From: Vulcanimicrobiota bacterium
GTDB lineage: Bacteria; Vulcanimicrobiota; Vulcanimicrobiia; Vulcanimicrobiales; Vulcanimicrobiaceae
Direction of reading: 5' to 3'
Assembly (NCBI GenBank): GCA_963833095.1
Contig: CAWHWQ010000001.1
Coordinates: forward strand, 576,001 to 640,000
Length of the DNA: 64,000 nucleotides
Within the stretch, counting starts at the first letter, position 1. Each line of letters begins with the position of its first letter. Below, piece after piece: positions 30,104 through 38,924 of this stretch. A program made the translations under genes and the position numbers. The notes below the pieces were generated by a model. It had not been told where the DNA came from and ran no database searches. It was given only the letters and a program-made list of their open reading frames with translations.

Positions 30104-31882
30104 ATGCCGCGATTGATCGGGATCGTTCTCGTGAGCACGCTGCTCGCCGCTTGTGGTGGGGGCAGTTCAAGCGTGCTCCCCAAGGCCGGCGGCAACGCGA
30201 CCCCCTCAAAGATGAAGGTGCAGGTCTCGATCACCATGCGTGTGCCGGGCGCAGCCAGTGCGCGTAATGCCGCGCTGCGACGGCGCTTCACGATAGCGCA
30301 AAATACGGCCGGTGCACTCATCTCCGTCTACACCGCAGGCAATGACACCGGAACGCCGCTTGCGACGACCGCGGTAAACATCGAGCCCTCGCCCGCGCCG
30401 GGTTCGACCTGCACGGCGTCCGATGCGCTTGGCAATCGCTCGTGCACCTTTGATATTTCGGCGCCGGTCGGCACCGACGACTTCGCGATCACCACCTGGG
30501 ACCAGGCCCCGACTGGGGCTTCGATCCCCGTAAGCGCAAATGAACTCGGTTGGGGCCTCGATCCGTCGGTTGCGATCGTCGCCGGTGCGACCGCCAACGT
30601 GAGCGTAACGCTCTCGAGCGTGCTCGCCTCGGTCTCACTCGACCTCACGCCGGCCACGTTGCATCAGATCATTCCATCGACCGGCACGATCGGCGTCTAC
30701 GCGCTCGACGCCGACAACGACGTGATCGTGAGCAACGGCTTCGTGGATCCCAGCGGCAATCCGATTACGCTCAGCCTCAACGACGACAACAGTTTGAACG
30801 GCGCACTCTATCTCTCAACGAGCAGTATTAGCGCGCCAAGTGCAACCGGCGTCCAGTATTTCTACGCGCCGGGTAACGGCCCACTTAGTTCGAGCGGAAA
30901 TCAAACGGTCAACTTCTCGGTCAGCTCGTCGTACGACGCGGTAACAACGACCGGCGCGGCGCTGAACGCGATCTATCCGAGTTTTACGTCGATCACCGAC
31001 CCGAATCTCAGCGTCAATAACACGCATCACGGCGGCGTGGTGTTCGATACCCAAGCCGGCGTCTATTACACGACGCCGCTCAATTTCGGTGGCATATCAT
31101 ATTATAGCGGAAGCGGAAGCAGCATCACCGACAACGCCGCGGCAGTCTCGACGGCGCCGATTCTCGGCAGCATTGTAAGCGTTACTGGAGCGTTTGTCGC
31201 GATCGCAGGCAATCAAGAGCTGACATTCGGGGCGCCGCCGTCTTCCACCATCGCTCCCGGGCCGAATTCAGCCTTGATGCCGGTGCCCAACGGCAGTGCA
31301 GTCGCTTTCAACAACGGTGGAGCAATCTGGTACACGAGCGGCTCGTCGCTGATCAACTACCCGCTTTTCAGCGGCTCGCCGAGCGCGACCGGGATCGGCG
31401 TCAATACCTCGGCCGGCGTCGCCGTAGATGCGTCATCGAACGTTTGGGTTGTCGACAATGTTGACAGCCGCATCATTGAGTATCCCGGCCCCAACAACCC
31501 GCTGCAAGCGGGCGGAGCACCCTGGGACGTCCTCATCAACGCCAACGGCATCTATGTCACCGATCACGGACCGAACCCCGCGATCATTCAGCTCGATAGT
31601 AGCGGCAACATCGTCAATACGATCTCCGTTCCGGACGGCGCAGTGCCCTGGTACATGATGCCGGACAATGCGCAGCCCGGCATCGTCTGGTTCGACTATC
31701 TGCTCAACGGCCAAATCGGTATTGGCCGGATGGATACCAACACATCGCCGACAACTTTCGTGCTCGCGACCGACGTGAATGGTCCATTCGGATCGCAAGC
31801 CGGCGCGATCGGCGCCGCTTCGAACGGCTTGGTCTACCTCGTGTTCGACGGAACGTCGACGCTGGTGCAGGTGCAGCGATGA
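30104..31882 (+). CDS. Large lipoprotein with C-terminal beta-propeller (type A')
   Basis: LLAACGGG; NHL-like GVAVDASSNVWVVD. Confidence 0.8.
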   Translation: MPRLIGIVLVSTLLAACGGGSSSVLPKAGGNATPSKMKVQVSITMRVPGAASARNAALRRRFTIAQNTAGALISVYTAGNDTGTPLATTAVNIEPSPAPGSTCTASDALGNRSCTFDISAPVGTDDFAITTWDQAPTGASIPVSANELGWGLDPSVAIVAGATANVSVTLSSVLASVSLDLTPATLHQIIPSTGTIGVYALDADNDVIVSNGFVDPSGNPITLSLNDDNSLNGALYLSTSSISAPSATGVQYFYAPGNGPLSSSGNQTVNFSVSSSYDAVTTTGAALNAIYPSFTSITDPNLSVNNTHHGGVVFDTQAGVYYTTPLNFGGISYYSGSGSSITDNAAAVSTAPILGSIVSVTGAFVAIAGNQELTFGAPPSSTIAPGPNSALMPVPNGSAVAFNNGGAIWYTSGSSLINYPLFSGSPSATGIGVNTSAGVAVDASSNVWVVDNVDSRIIEYPGPNNPLQAGGAPWDVLINANGIYVTDHGPNPAIIQLDSSGNIVNTISVPDGAVPWYMMPDNAQPGIVWFDYLLNGQIGIGRMDTNTSPTTFVLATDVNGPFGSQAGAIGAASNGLVYLVFDGTSTLVQVQR

Positions 31883-33873
31883 ACGCGCGCCGCCTTGCTC
31901 CGATCATGGCATTGCTGCTCGCTGCGTGCGGCGGCGGAGGCTCGAGCGTTACGCCCGGCGCGCCGACGGGCCAACCAAACGCCAAAATGCAAAGCGTCGT
32001 GATTTCGCTCATCGTCCCCGTCAACTCGGGAACGAGCGGAGCGCGCCGCCCCGCCTACATTTCGGCCTCCGCGCAAGGCGCGGGCATCATCGTGACGCAG
32101 GGCTCGGCAACCGTCAACGCGACGCTCGACCTCTCGTCAGGCTCAAGCGCTTGTACGGGCAGCGGCAGTTCGCGCACGTGTACGACGAGCGTTACCGTGC
32201 CGATCGGCAACGACGTGTTTGCGGTGACGATCTACAATCAATCCCCGGCGAACAATGTGATTCCGGCCGGCGCCGCTATTCTCGGCGTCGGCACCAGCAT
32301 GGTCGATGTGATCGCCGGTTCGACGACCAGCGTTCCGGTGTATATCGGCGGACAAATCGCGCATTTCGGCGCGACGCTGCCGTCAGGCTCACTTCCGGGC
32401 AACGGCCACGCGCAAAGCGCGGTGCTGGTGATCGGGCCGACCGATTTCGGTAACAATCCGATCACCGCGGGAACCAGCGATCCGTATGCCAATCCGATCA
32501 CCGTTGCGGTCTCTGAGACGGGGGGCACAGGGAACGCGACGCTCTCGCTCAACGGAGGCCCCGCGAGCAGCAGCGTGCAGGTGACGAAATCAGCTGATTC
32601 CCTCGCGCTAAACTACAACGGCGGCGGCGCACCGGGCTATTCGTTCACGGTAACGCTCAGCGCGAGCGGCGTGAGCTCGCAGTCGTCGACGATCGCGCCG
32701 CTCATCGCATCGATCGGCGGTTCGGCGGTGACGAGCGTCGGCCTCAACGGCACGGTTTCGAACCTCACCCTGACCGTGGGCGAAGCGGGAAGCTCACGCA
32801 CTTACACGCCTACTCTTTCGACGTGTACCGGCATCGCGACGATCGGCGCGCTGAGCGGCAGCGGCGCATCGGCAACGCTTCCAGTCGGCGGCGGCGCGAC
32901 GCCGAGCGCGAGCGGATGCACGCTCACGATCACCGATTCGGGCAGCGTCGCATTGGTCTTGCCGGTCACGAATACGCCGGTCACCTCGGGCGTAAGCGTT
33001 AACGGCTCGACGATCTTCGAGATGTCGGGCTTCACACATCCCTACGGCATCACGAGCGGACCCGACGGAAATATCTACTTTACCGATTCGGGCACCGTCG
33101 AAGTCCTTCAGCCGAACAACTCCGTGCCGTTGGCACAATGGGTGATCACCGGAAATCTCTTTGACATTACGACCGGCTCCGACGGCGCACTTTGGATGAC
33201 CGATCAAGCAAACGGCGGCGCGGATCGGCTGACGACAACCGGTATCATCGCAAAATACCCCTTTAGCGGCACGCCGCAAGGTATAGCGCCCGGTCCGAAC
33301 GGGCTGATGTTGATCGCCGATAACACAAGCGGCGGCGTCTGGACGCTCGACACCGGCGGCCTCTTTACGATCCTTCCGTTCTCACCGTCGGGCACACCAT
33401 CGGAAGTGACGTGGGTCCCCGGCGGTGCCAACGGCGACGCGTGGTTCGCGGAGGCCAATTTCATCGGTGACTTCAGCTTGAACAACAACGCCGTGACCAC
33501 CGAACTCGGCGTACCCGACGGCGACACCGCAAACTACATCGCCTACGGGCCGGATGGCAATGTCTGGGTGACGGCATCGGGAGGCAGCGCTCCGCTTGTA
33601 CTCGTCATCAATCCATCAACCGATGCCATAACGCAGATACCTTTGGGTGTGGGCGCAACGCCCCAAGGCATTACCGCGGGCGCCGACCACGCGATGTGGT
33701 TCGTCGACCCCGGCACCAATAGCATCGGCGAAATCAACATCACGACGCACGCGGTCACAATGTTTCCCGTCCCCACGAGCAGCGCTGGGCTGCGAGAGAT
33801 CGCTAAAGGTGCCGATGGCCGGCTGTGGTTCACCGAAAATAGCGTAGGGCAGATCGGCTGGCTTATCCCTTAG
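31879..33873 (+). CDS. Lipoprotein with Vgb-like beta-propeller (type B')
   Basis: LLAACGGG; GPDGNIYF, GSDGALW and GADGRLWFTE repeats. ATGA overlap. Confidence 0.85.
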   Translation: MNARRLAPIMALLLAACGGGGSSVTPGAPTGQPNAKMQSVVISLIVPVNSGTSGARRPAYISASAQGAGIIVTQGSATVNATLDLSSGSSACTGSGSSRTCTTSVTVPIGNDVFAVTIYNQSPANNVIPAGAAILGVGTSMVDVIAGSTTSVPVYIGGQIAHFGATLPSGSLPGNGHAQSAVLVIGPTDFGNNPITAGTSDPYANPITVAVSETGGTGNATLSLNGGPASSSVQVTKSADSLALNYNGGGAPGYSFTVTLSASGVSSQSSTIAPLIASIGGSAVTSVGLNGTVSNLTLTVGEAGSSRTYTPTLSTCTGIATIGALSGSGASATLPVGGGATPSASGCTLTITDSGSVALVLPVTNTPVTSGVSVNGSTIFEMSGFTHPYGITSGPDGNIYFTDSGTVEVLQPNNSVPLAQWVITGNLFDITTGSDGALWMTDQANGGADRLTTTGIIAKYPFSGTPQGIAPGPNGLMLIADNTSGGVWTLDTGGLFTILPFSPSGTPSEVTWVPGGANGDAWFAEANFIGDFSLNNNAVTTELGVPDGDTANYIAYGPDGNVWVTASGGSAPLVLVINPSTDAITQIPLGVGATPQGITAGADHAMWFVDPGTNSIGEINITTHAVTMFPVPTSSAGLREIAKGADGRLWFTENSVGQIGWLIP

Positions 33874-34355
33874 ACGGGTTCGACCGTCACCAGATTCATT
33901 TTATCGCCGCGCTTGATTGCGTCGAGCGTTTCGAAGCCCTCGGTCATCTGTCCAAATACGGTGTAGTTGTTATCAAGAAAGCGCGCATCGGCTAGACAAA
34001 TGTAGAACTGCGAGCCGGCGGAATCGGGATTTGACGAGCGAGCCATCGCTACTGTCCCACGCACATGCGGTTGCTTGTTGAATTCGGCTTTGAGGCGATA
34101 TCCGGGGCCGCCCGTGCCGTCGCCGTCGGGATCACCACCTTGGATTACGAAGCCCGGCTCGACGCGGTGGAACGCCAGTCCGTCGTAGAAGCCCTCTTCG
34201 GCGAGCTTCATAAAAGCAGCGGTGTGAACGGGCGCATCATCAGGGAAAAACGTGAAGAGGATGTCACCTTTGTCGGTGGCAATGCGAACTTTGGATTCGC
34301 GAGCACGTTCGGTGTAGGTTTTGACTTCGTCGGGTGTCGGAGCAGCAGTCGGCAT
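33870..34355 (-). CDS. Cyclophilin-type peptidyl-prolyl isomerase
   Basis: FYDGLAFHRV, FVIQGGDP, SAGSQFYI and YTVFG. Confidence 0.95.
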   Translation of the reverse strand: MPTAAPTPDEVKTYTERARESKVRIATDKGDILFTFFPDDAPVHTAAFMKLAEEGFYDGLAFHRVEPGFVIQGGDPDGDGTGGPGYRLKAEFNKQPHVRGTVAMARSSNPDSAGSQFYICLADARFLDNNYTVFGQMTEGFETLDAIKRGDKMNLVTVEPV

Positions 34356-34415
34356 TGCGCTCTCTTGCACCGCACGTGTTTCGTGCCCTTCGCCTTGCGG
34401 TAAATCTCGACCGAA

Positions 34416-34862
34416 ATGCCCGAGAAGCCCACCCTTCACGTCCAGATCCCGCCTGACCCACAGTACGCTCGCACGGTGCGCGGAGCGCTTGCCGCATTTG
34501 CGTCGCTCCACGGCGTTGTCGAGCTGGATCAGGCCGCAGTGGTGCTCGCGGTTGGTGAGGCTCTAGCCAACGCGATCGAGCACGCTGCAGCCCAGGGTGA
34601 CATAAAAGTGACCGTGGAGATCGATCGGGACGTTATCTTCGCCCGAATTGTGGACAGCGGACGCGGCCTCAACGAAACGCCCACCGATTTGCAGCCGCTG
34701 CCCGATGATGACGAAGAGGGCGGTCGAGGCATTCCGATCATGCAGCGCTGCGTCGACCAGTGGAGCGTCGAGAGTTCCCCGGGTCTAGGGACGATCGTAA
34801 CGCTGCGACGCTTCCGCCGCCATACCGCGCCAACCGATCAGGAACAAGTCGCCTTCTCGTAA
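34416..34862 (+). CDS. RsbW-like anti-sigma factor / HATPase_c protein
   Basis: EALANAIEH, DSGRG and GGRGIPIM. Confidence 0.85.
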   Translation: MPEKPTLHVQIPPDPQYARTVRGALAAFASLHGVVELDQAAVVLAVGEALANAIEHAAAQGDIKVTVEIDRDVIFARIVDSGRGLNETPTDLQPLPDDDEEGGRGIPIMQRCVDQWSVESSPGLGTIVTLRRFRRHTAPTDQEQVAFS

Positions 34863-34874
34863 AAGCTTGCAGGC

Positions 34875-36215
34875 ATGAATCTTCACGCCTGCCTTGCGGC
34901 CATCGTCGCAACCGTGCTCTCCTACGCGGCGCCGAGCCCCGCACCGCTCGATCCCCAGATCGCCGCGATGGTCGCCCAGGTCAGCGCCGATCGCCTGCGC
35001 GCCAACGACACCAAACTCGTCGGATTCTTTACGCGCAACGATTTTTCCGAAACGAGCTCGACGGCGACGCGCGGTGTGTTCGGTGCGCGCGATTGGATTC
35101 GCGCGCAGTTCGAAGCGATTGCAAAGACGAGTGGCGGCCGGATGACCGTGGCGCTCGACGACTACACGCAACCCAAGACGGCTCGCACGCCGCGCGCCGT
35201 CGCCGAATCGAGCATCATTGCGACGCTGCGCGGCGACGAGCCGGGGCTCATCTACGTGATGTCAAGCCATTACGACGACTGCAACGGCGACTGCACCAAC
35301 GGCACGCGTGAAGCTCCCGGAGCCGACGATAACGGGTCGGGTACGTCGGCCGTCCTCGAAGCCGCACGCATCATGGCCCCCCATCATTTTCGCGGCACGA
35401 TCATCTTCGCAGTGTTCGACGGTGAAGAGCTCGGGCTGTGGGGATCCTCGCACTACGCCGACGAGCTCAAAGCGAAAGGCGTCCCGGTTGCGGCCAATTT
35501 GAACAACGACATTATCGGGAACTCGACGGGCGGCAACGGCGTGCATGAGCCAAGCGTCATCCGCGTCTTCAGTCAGGCACTTCCCGTCGACGCTAAGCTC
35601 GCCGGCGTGAATCTCGTCGGAACCGAGAACGACTCACCCTCGCGCGAGCTTGCGCGCTTCGTGGGCGAAACGGTTCCCCCGTACATGGACGGATTCACGG
35701 TGCGCCAAATCTGGCGCGCCGATCGTTTTCTGCGCGGTGGCGATCAAGAATCGTTCCAAGCCGACGGCTATCCGGCGATCCGGTTTGTTGAGCCGAACGA
35801 AAACTTCACGCATCAGCACCAAGACGTGCGCGTTGAAAACGGCGTGCAATACGGCGATCTGCTGCAATACATCGACTTCGACTATATGGCCAAGGCAACG
35901 CAAGCCAACGTCGCTGCGCTTGCCGCGCTCGCCCTGGGTCCTCAAGCACCGCCAAACGCGCAGATGGTGCTCCAGCACCTCGGCTACGATTCGACGCTGC
36001 GCTGGAAGCCCGCGATCGGCGCCGCCTCCTACGAAATCGTCTGGCGTTCGACAACGGCGTCCGATTGGCAATACGCGGCGAACGTCGGCAACGTCACCCA
36101 GGCGACAGTTCCGGTTAGCAAAGACGACTACATCCTCGGCGTGCGCGCTATCGACGCGCACGGACATCGCAGCGTCGCGAGCTACCCGACGCCCGTGCGT
36201 GAACCTTCGAAGTAG
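34875..36215 (+). CDS. M28 family metallopeptidase
   Basis: Signal peptide; SHYD, GADDNGSG, GEELGL and NNDI. Confidence 0.9.
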   Translation: MNLHACLAAIVATVLSYAAPSPAPLDPQIAAMVAQVSADRLRANDTKLVGFFTRNDFSETSSTATRGVFGARDWIRAQFEAIAKTSGGRMTVALDDYTQPKTARTPRAVAESSIIATLRGDEPGLIYVMSSHYDDCNGDCTNGTREAPGADDNGSGTSAVLEAARIMAPHHFRGTIIFAVFDGEELGLWGSSHYADELKAKGVPVAANLNNDIIGNSTGGNGVHEPSVIRVFSQALPVDAKLAGVNLVGTENDSPSRELARFVGETVPPYMDGFTVRQIWRADRFLRGGDQESFQADGYPAIRFVEPNENFTHQHQDVRVENGVQYGDLLQYIDFDYMAKATQANVAALAALALGPQAPPNAQMVLQHLGYDSTLRWKPAIGAASYEIVWRSTTASDWQYAANVGNVTQATVPVSKDDYILGVRAIDAHGHRSVASYPTPVREPSK

Positions 36216-36220
36216 CGCTC

Positions 36221-37342
36221 CTACGTATCCGGGGCAAGGTCCGAGCCCAGCAGTAAGGTCGAACTCGTGCCGGGACGCAAGCTCGTCGAGAAGACGTGCG
36301 CGAGCGCCTGCGCGGCAGGCGAACTGCCGACCACGATGCTGGTGGCCTTTGCGGGCTGATCGATTGACGTTTGGACGTTCCAGCCGCCACCACGCAGCGC
36401 CCCGACGATCGTACGATCGAACTCGCTGTTGCCCGTCGCATTCGCGACGAGCACCTGATCTTGCGGCGGCTCTCCTTTGGCGAAAAGGAGCTTTCCTATG
36501 AGTTTCGCCCAGCGATCGTCGACGAAAACAACGGAAGCGTCGCCCACCCACCCGGCTTTGCTCGGCAGCGTAAACGCGCGAATATTATCGTCGGGCACGT
36601 CACGATACACCTCGAGCAACGCGAGTAACTGTTGGTCGCTCAGCGTCGTCTTCATGTCCTTGCGGGCGAATTGCAGAATGCGCGGCAGCTTGGCCCAGTT
36701 CTGCGGTTGGCTGAGCTGATTCATCATCAGTTTGAGGACCTGTTGTTGGCGCTTCATTCGGCCGTAGTCCGACGAGGCGTCATGGCGAAAGCGCAGATAC
36801 CCCGCCACTTGACCGCCGGTTAAATACTGCTCGCCCTTTTTCAAGTGAATGTGCAAGTCGCCGTTGTTGTCGTCGTAGTCCATCGACTCGTCGACGTCGA
36901 CGTTGAGGCCGCCCATCGCATCCACGATCTGGGCCGCGCCCTCGGGCTGCAGCGCAATAGTCGCATCGATGGGCGCACCGCCGAGCAGCTCGCTCACGAC
37001 GCGCGCGCTCATTTTCGCTCCGCCGTAAGCGTAAGCGGCGTTGGCCTTGTCATGACCGTGATTCGGGATGACCACCCAACTATCGCGCGGGATCGAGACC
37101 AATGTTGCGGTACGGCGATCGACATCGAGATGCGCAAGAATGATCGTATCGGTCGTGGCCTCGTCATCTTGGTATCCAAGAACGAGCAGATTGAGTTTGC
37201 TCGCACCGAATGCTCGATGCGAAGTTTGCACGGCCACTTCGTGGCGCACGTGGTCACCGAAGATAAAGAATCCGGCGACGACCGCCGCTGTGCCGGTGAT
37301 CGCTACAAGCGCAACGCGCTTCCAGCGTATGGTCGAAAACAT
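36221..37342 (-). CDS. LCP (LytR-CpsA-Psr) family protein with LytR C-terminal domain
   Basis: N-terminal TM; TDTIIL, SIPRD, KANAAYAYGG, YLRFRH, DYGRMKRQQQ and VLVANATG. Confidence 0.92.
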   Translation of the reverse strand: MFSTIRWKRVALVAITGTAAVVAGFFIFGDHVRHEVAVQTSHRAFGASKLNLLVLGYQDDEATTDTIILAHLDVDRRTATLVSIPRDSWVVIPNHGHDKANAAYAYGGAKMSARVVSELLGGAPIDATIALQPEGAAQIVDAMGGLNVDVDESMDYDDNNGDLHIHLKKGEQYLTGGQVAGYLRFRHDASSDYGRMKRQQQVLKLMMNQLSQPQNWAKLPRILQFARKDMKTTLSDQQLLALLEVYRDVPDDNIRAFTLPSKAGWVGDASVVFVDDRWAKLIGKLLFAKGEPPQDQVLVANATGNSEFDRTIVGALRGGGWNVQTSIDQPAKATSIVVGSSPAAQALAHVFSTSLRPGTSSTLLLGSDLAPDT

Positions 37343-37346
37343 AAAA

Positions 37347-37418
37347 ACTCCTCACGTGTGGTGTTCGCAGGAGCGTCCGTTCGCGGACGCGGGGTTATGC
37401 GAACGAAATCGGAGGAGC
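37347..37418 (-). promoter_or_regulatory. Nested mRNA hairpin sequestering the LCP Shine-Dalgarno
   Basis: Stems: CUCCUC (37412-17) with GAGGAG (37348-53); GUUCGCA (37398-404) with UGCGAAC (37363-69); GCGUCCG with CGGACGC around a CGAA loop (37373-90). Confidence 0.7.
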
Positions 37419-38009
37419 GCGATTGCCGATCCGGCATAGGACCGGAGCGCTGCGTCGCGCCCACGCCATGCCGCGGCGGCGCAGCGCGAGCGGCGAAGGA
37501 GCGTGGAGCGCGCGCGTTGCAAGCGCGCGGAAACGGCGGATTACGCAGAGTGTTGTGTGCGTACAGGTACGCGCAACGCGCGCAATGCCGTACGCGACGG
37601 CAACACCGACGAGCCCGTGGGCGAGCATGCTAAACCAAATCGGGCCGCCAAGCCAAATCGTGCTGCCAAGCGTGTGACCCGTTACGATGACCTGCTCGGT
37701 CGTCTCCATCGCATAGAGCACGACGAGCTGCAGCGCAAGGATGAACGGAAGCAGTCGTCCCACGTGGGTGCGCAGCGCTTCGCGGGAGGCTCGTAGCAGT
37801 TCTCGACGGATGCGCAGCGCCAGATAGCACGCGACCAGGATCGCACCGCACAAAAGCGTCGGCAGCACATCCAAGCTCGAGCGATCGGTGAACACTCCGT
37901 GCCCGAACCAGCCCGCATTCGAGGCGGCTTCGACCAGCGGGTCGGCGATCGCGGCGGCAATCACCGCCGACGCAACGCAGAACCAGAATCGAATGGAACC
38001 GTGCCTCAC
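37395..38009 (-). CDS. Multi-TM membrane protein with C-terminal RAPP motif (candidate arrest peptide)
   Basis: About four hydrophobic segments and a basic tail ending RIGNRAPPISFA. TATAAT lies 7 nt before the GTG. Confidence 0.75.
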   Translation of the reverse strand: MRHGSIRFWFCVASAVIAAAIADPLVEAASNAGWFGHGVFTDRSSLDVLPTLLCGAILVACYLALRIRRELLRASREALRTHVGRLLPFILALQLVVLYAMETTEQVIVTGHTLGSTIWLGGPIWFSMLAHGLVGVAVAYGIARVARTCTHTTLCVIRRFRALATRALHAPSPLALRRRGMAWARRSAPVLCRIGNRAPPISFA

Positions 38010-38060
38010 AGGGGCGATTATACCCTTAGATTCTGAAAATCCGCACAAACCTATCCAGCA

Positions 38061-38153
38061 GACGAGGATCGCCTTCGAAACATCACGATCGGTCTTTTTC
38101 GTGATCCCGAGGGCCGCACCATCGGCCTGGTGGATCCGGGCGCCGCGATGTAA
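38061..38153 (+). pseudogene. Startless 3' remnant of a VOC/glyoxalase gene
   Basis: Reads ...ITIGLFRDPEGRTIGLVDPGAAM*. FxDPEGxxIGL is the typical VOC C-terminus. There is an in-frame stop upstream and no ATG/GTG/TTG before the motif. Confidence 0.5.
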
Positions 38154-38156
38154 CGG

Positions 38157-38195
38157 AGAAGGCCGGCTAGATCCTCTAGCCGGCCTTCTTCTTTT
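38157..38195 (+). terminator. Intrinsic terminator (possibly bidirectional)
   Basis: AGAAGGCCGGCTAG-ATCCT-CTAGCCGGCCTTCT followed by TCTTTT. Confidence 0.85.
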
Positions 38196-38210
38196 CTTAG
38201 AACCGTTTAG

Positions 38211-38822
38211 CTAGAAGCGGGGCGGGCGGCCGTTGGAGCGGCGCTCGCCGCGCGGATAGTAGCCGCCGCGCGACGCCGGTGCGACGTACGTGCGACCGCG
38301 ATAGGTGCCACCGCGATATATGGTATTTACGCGCACGTTGTTGTACACGCGCGCGTTACCGACGTAATGGTAGCCGCCGGTCGCGAAGTAGCCGCCATGC
38401 CACCAGCCGGTGTTGCCGAAGAAAAAGCCCAGGCTGATCGAGGGCCCGTAGAAGCTCCATGGATGTCCGGCGTAGTAAGGCACGCCTGCGTAATACGTGT
38501 AGGGCGTGTCCACCTCATTAGCGGCGAAGTACGGTCCTTCGTTGTAGCCGAGGATGCTGACGACCATGCCCGGTGCGAGCGTAAGGCCGGTCGGATTGAT
38601 GATCGTGCCGTCGTGCAACTGCACGTTGTCGGCGTATCCACGATCGTCTTGAACGATAAGGTTGTAACCGCCGTCAAAGCTCGAGATGCGCCCTTGAATC
38701 TGTCCGTCCTCGGCAACCGGCGGTCCGGCCGGCTGGGCATACGACGGGGCATCTTGCGCGAGCGCGACCGTTGGGGTTATAAAAGCGAGTGCCGCAAGCG
38801 CGGCGAGCAATTTAATGTGCAT
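38211..38822 (-). CDS. Secreted hypothetical protein with Gly/Tyr/Arg-rich tail
   Basis: Signal peptide ending ALA-Q; OB-like core with GTIINPTG. Confidence 0.75.
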   Translation of the reverse strand: MHIKLLAALAALAFITPTVALAQDAPSYAQPAGPPVAEDGQIQGRISSFDGGYNLIVQDDRGYADNVQLHDGTIINPTGLTLAPGMVVSILGYNEGPYFAANEVDTPYTYYAGVPYYAGHPWSFYGPSISLGFFFGNTGWWHGGYFATGGYHYVGNARVYNNVRVNTIYRGGTYRGRTYVAPASRGGYYPRGERRSNGRPPRF

Positions 38823-38924
38823 ACAGTCCAGAAACGTACCCCGCTTTCCTACCGATGCCACATTGCCCCACTCTCGCCGAATTCTAATCAGTTAACCAAG
38901 CTATGGCATACTCCGTTGCCCCAG

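Noticed and set aside
26135..33873. Virginiamycin B lyase resistance genes
   Set aside because: Only the propeller repeat resembles Vgb. These are large lipoproteins and catalytic residues were not identified.
12951..34391. Recurring G(A/C)(A/G)GG-N18-C(G/A)xxx upstream motif (12951, 26098, 30031, 34391 minus) as an alternative-sigma promoter
   Set aside because: Only four degenerate instances in GC-rich DNA; it needs genome-wide motif statistics.
38068..38195. Trp attenuator (Trp-Trp codons before a terminator)
   Set aside because: That frame has no stop before the terminator and no trp genes follow. Another frame is better explained as a VOC remnant.
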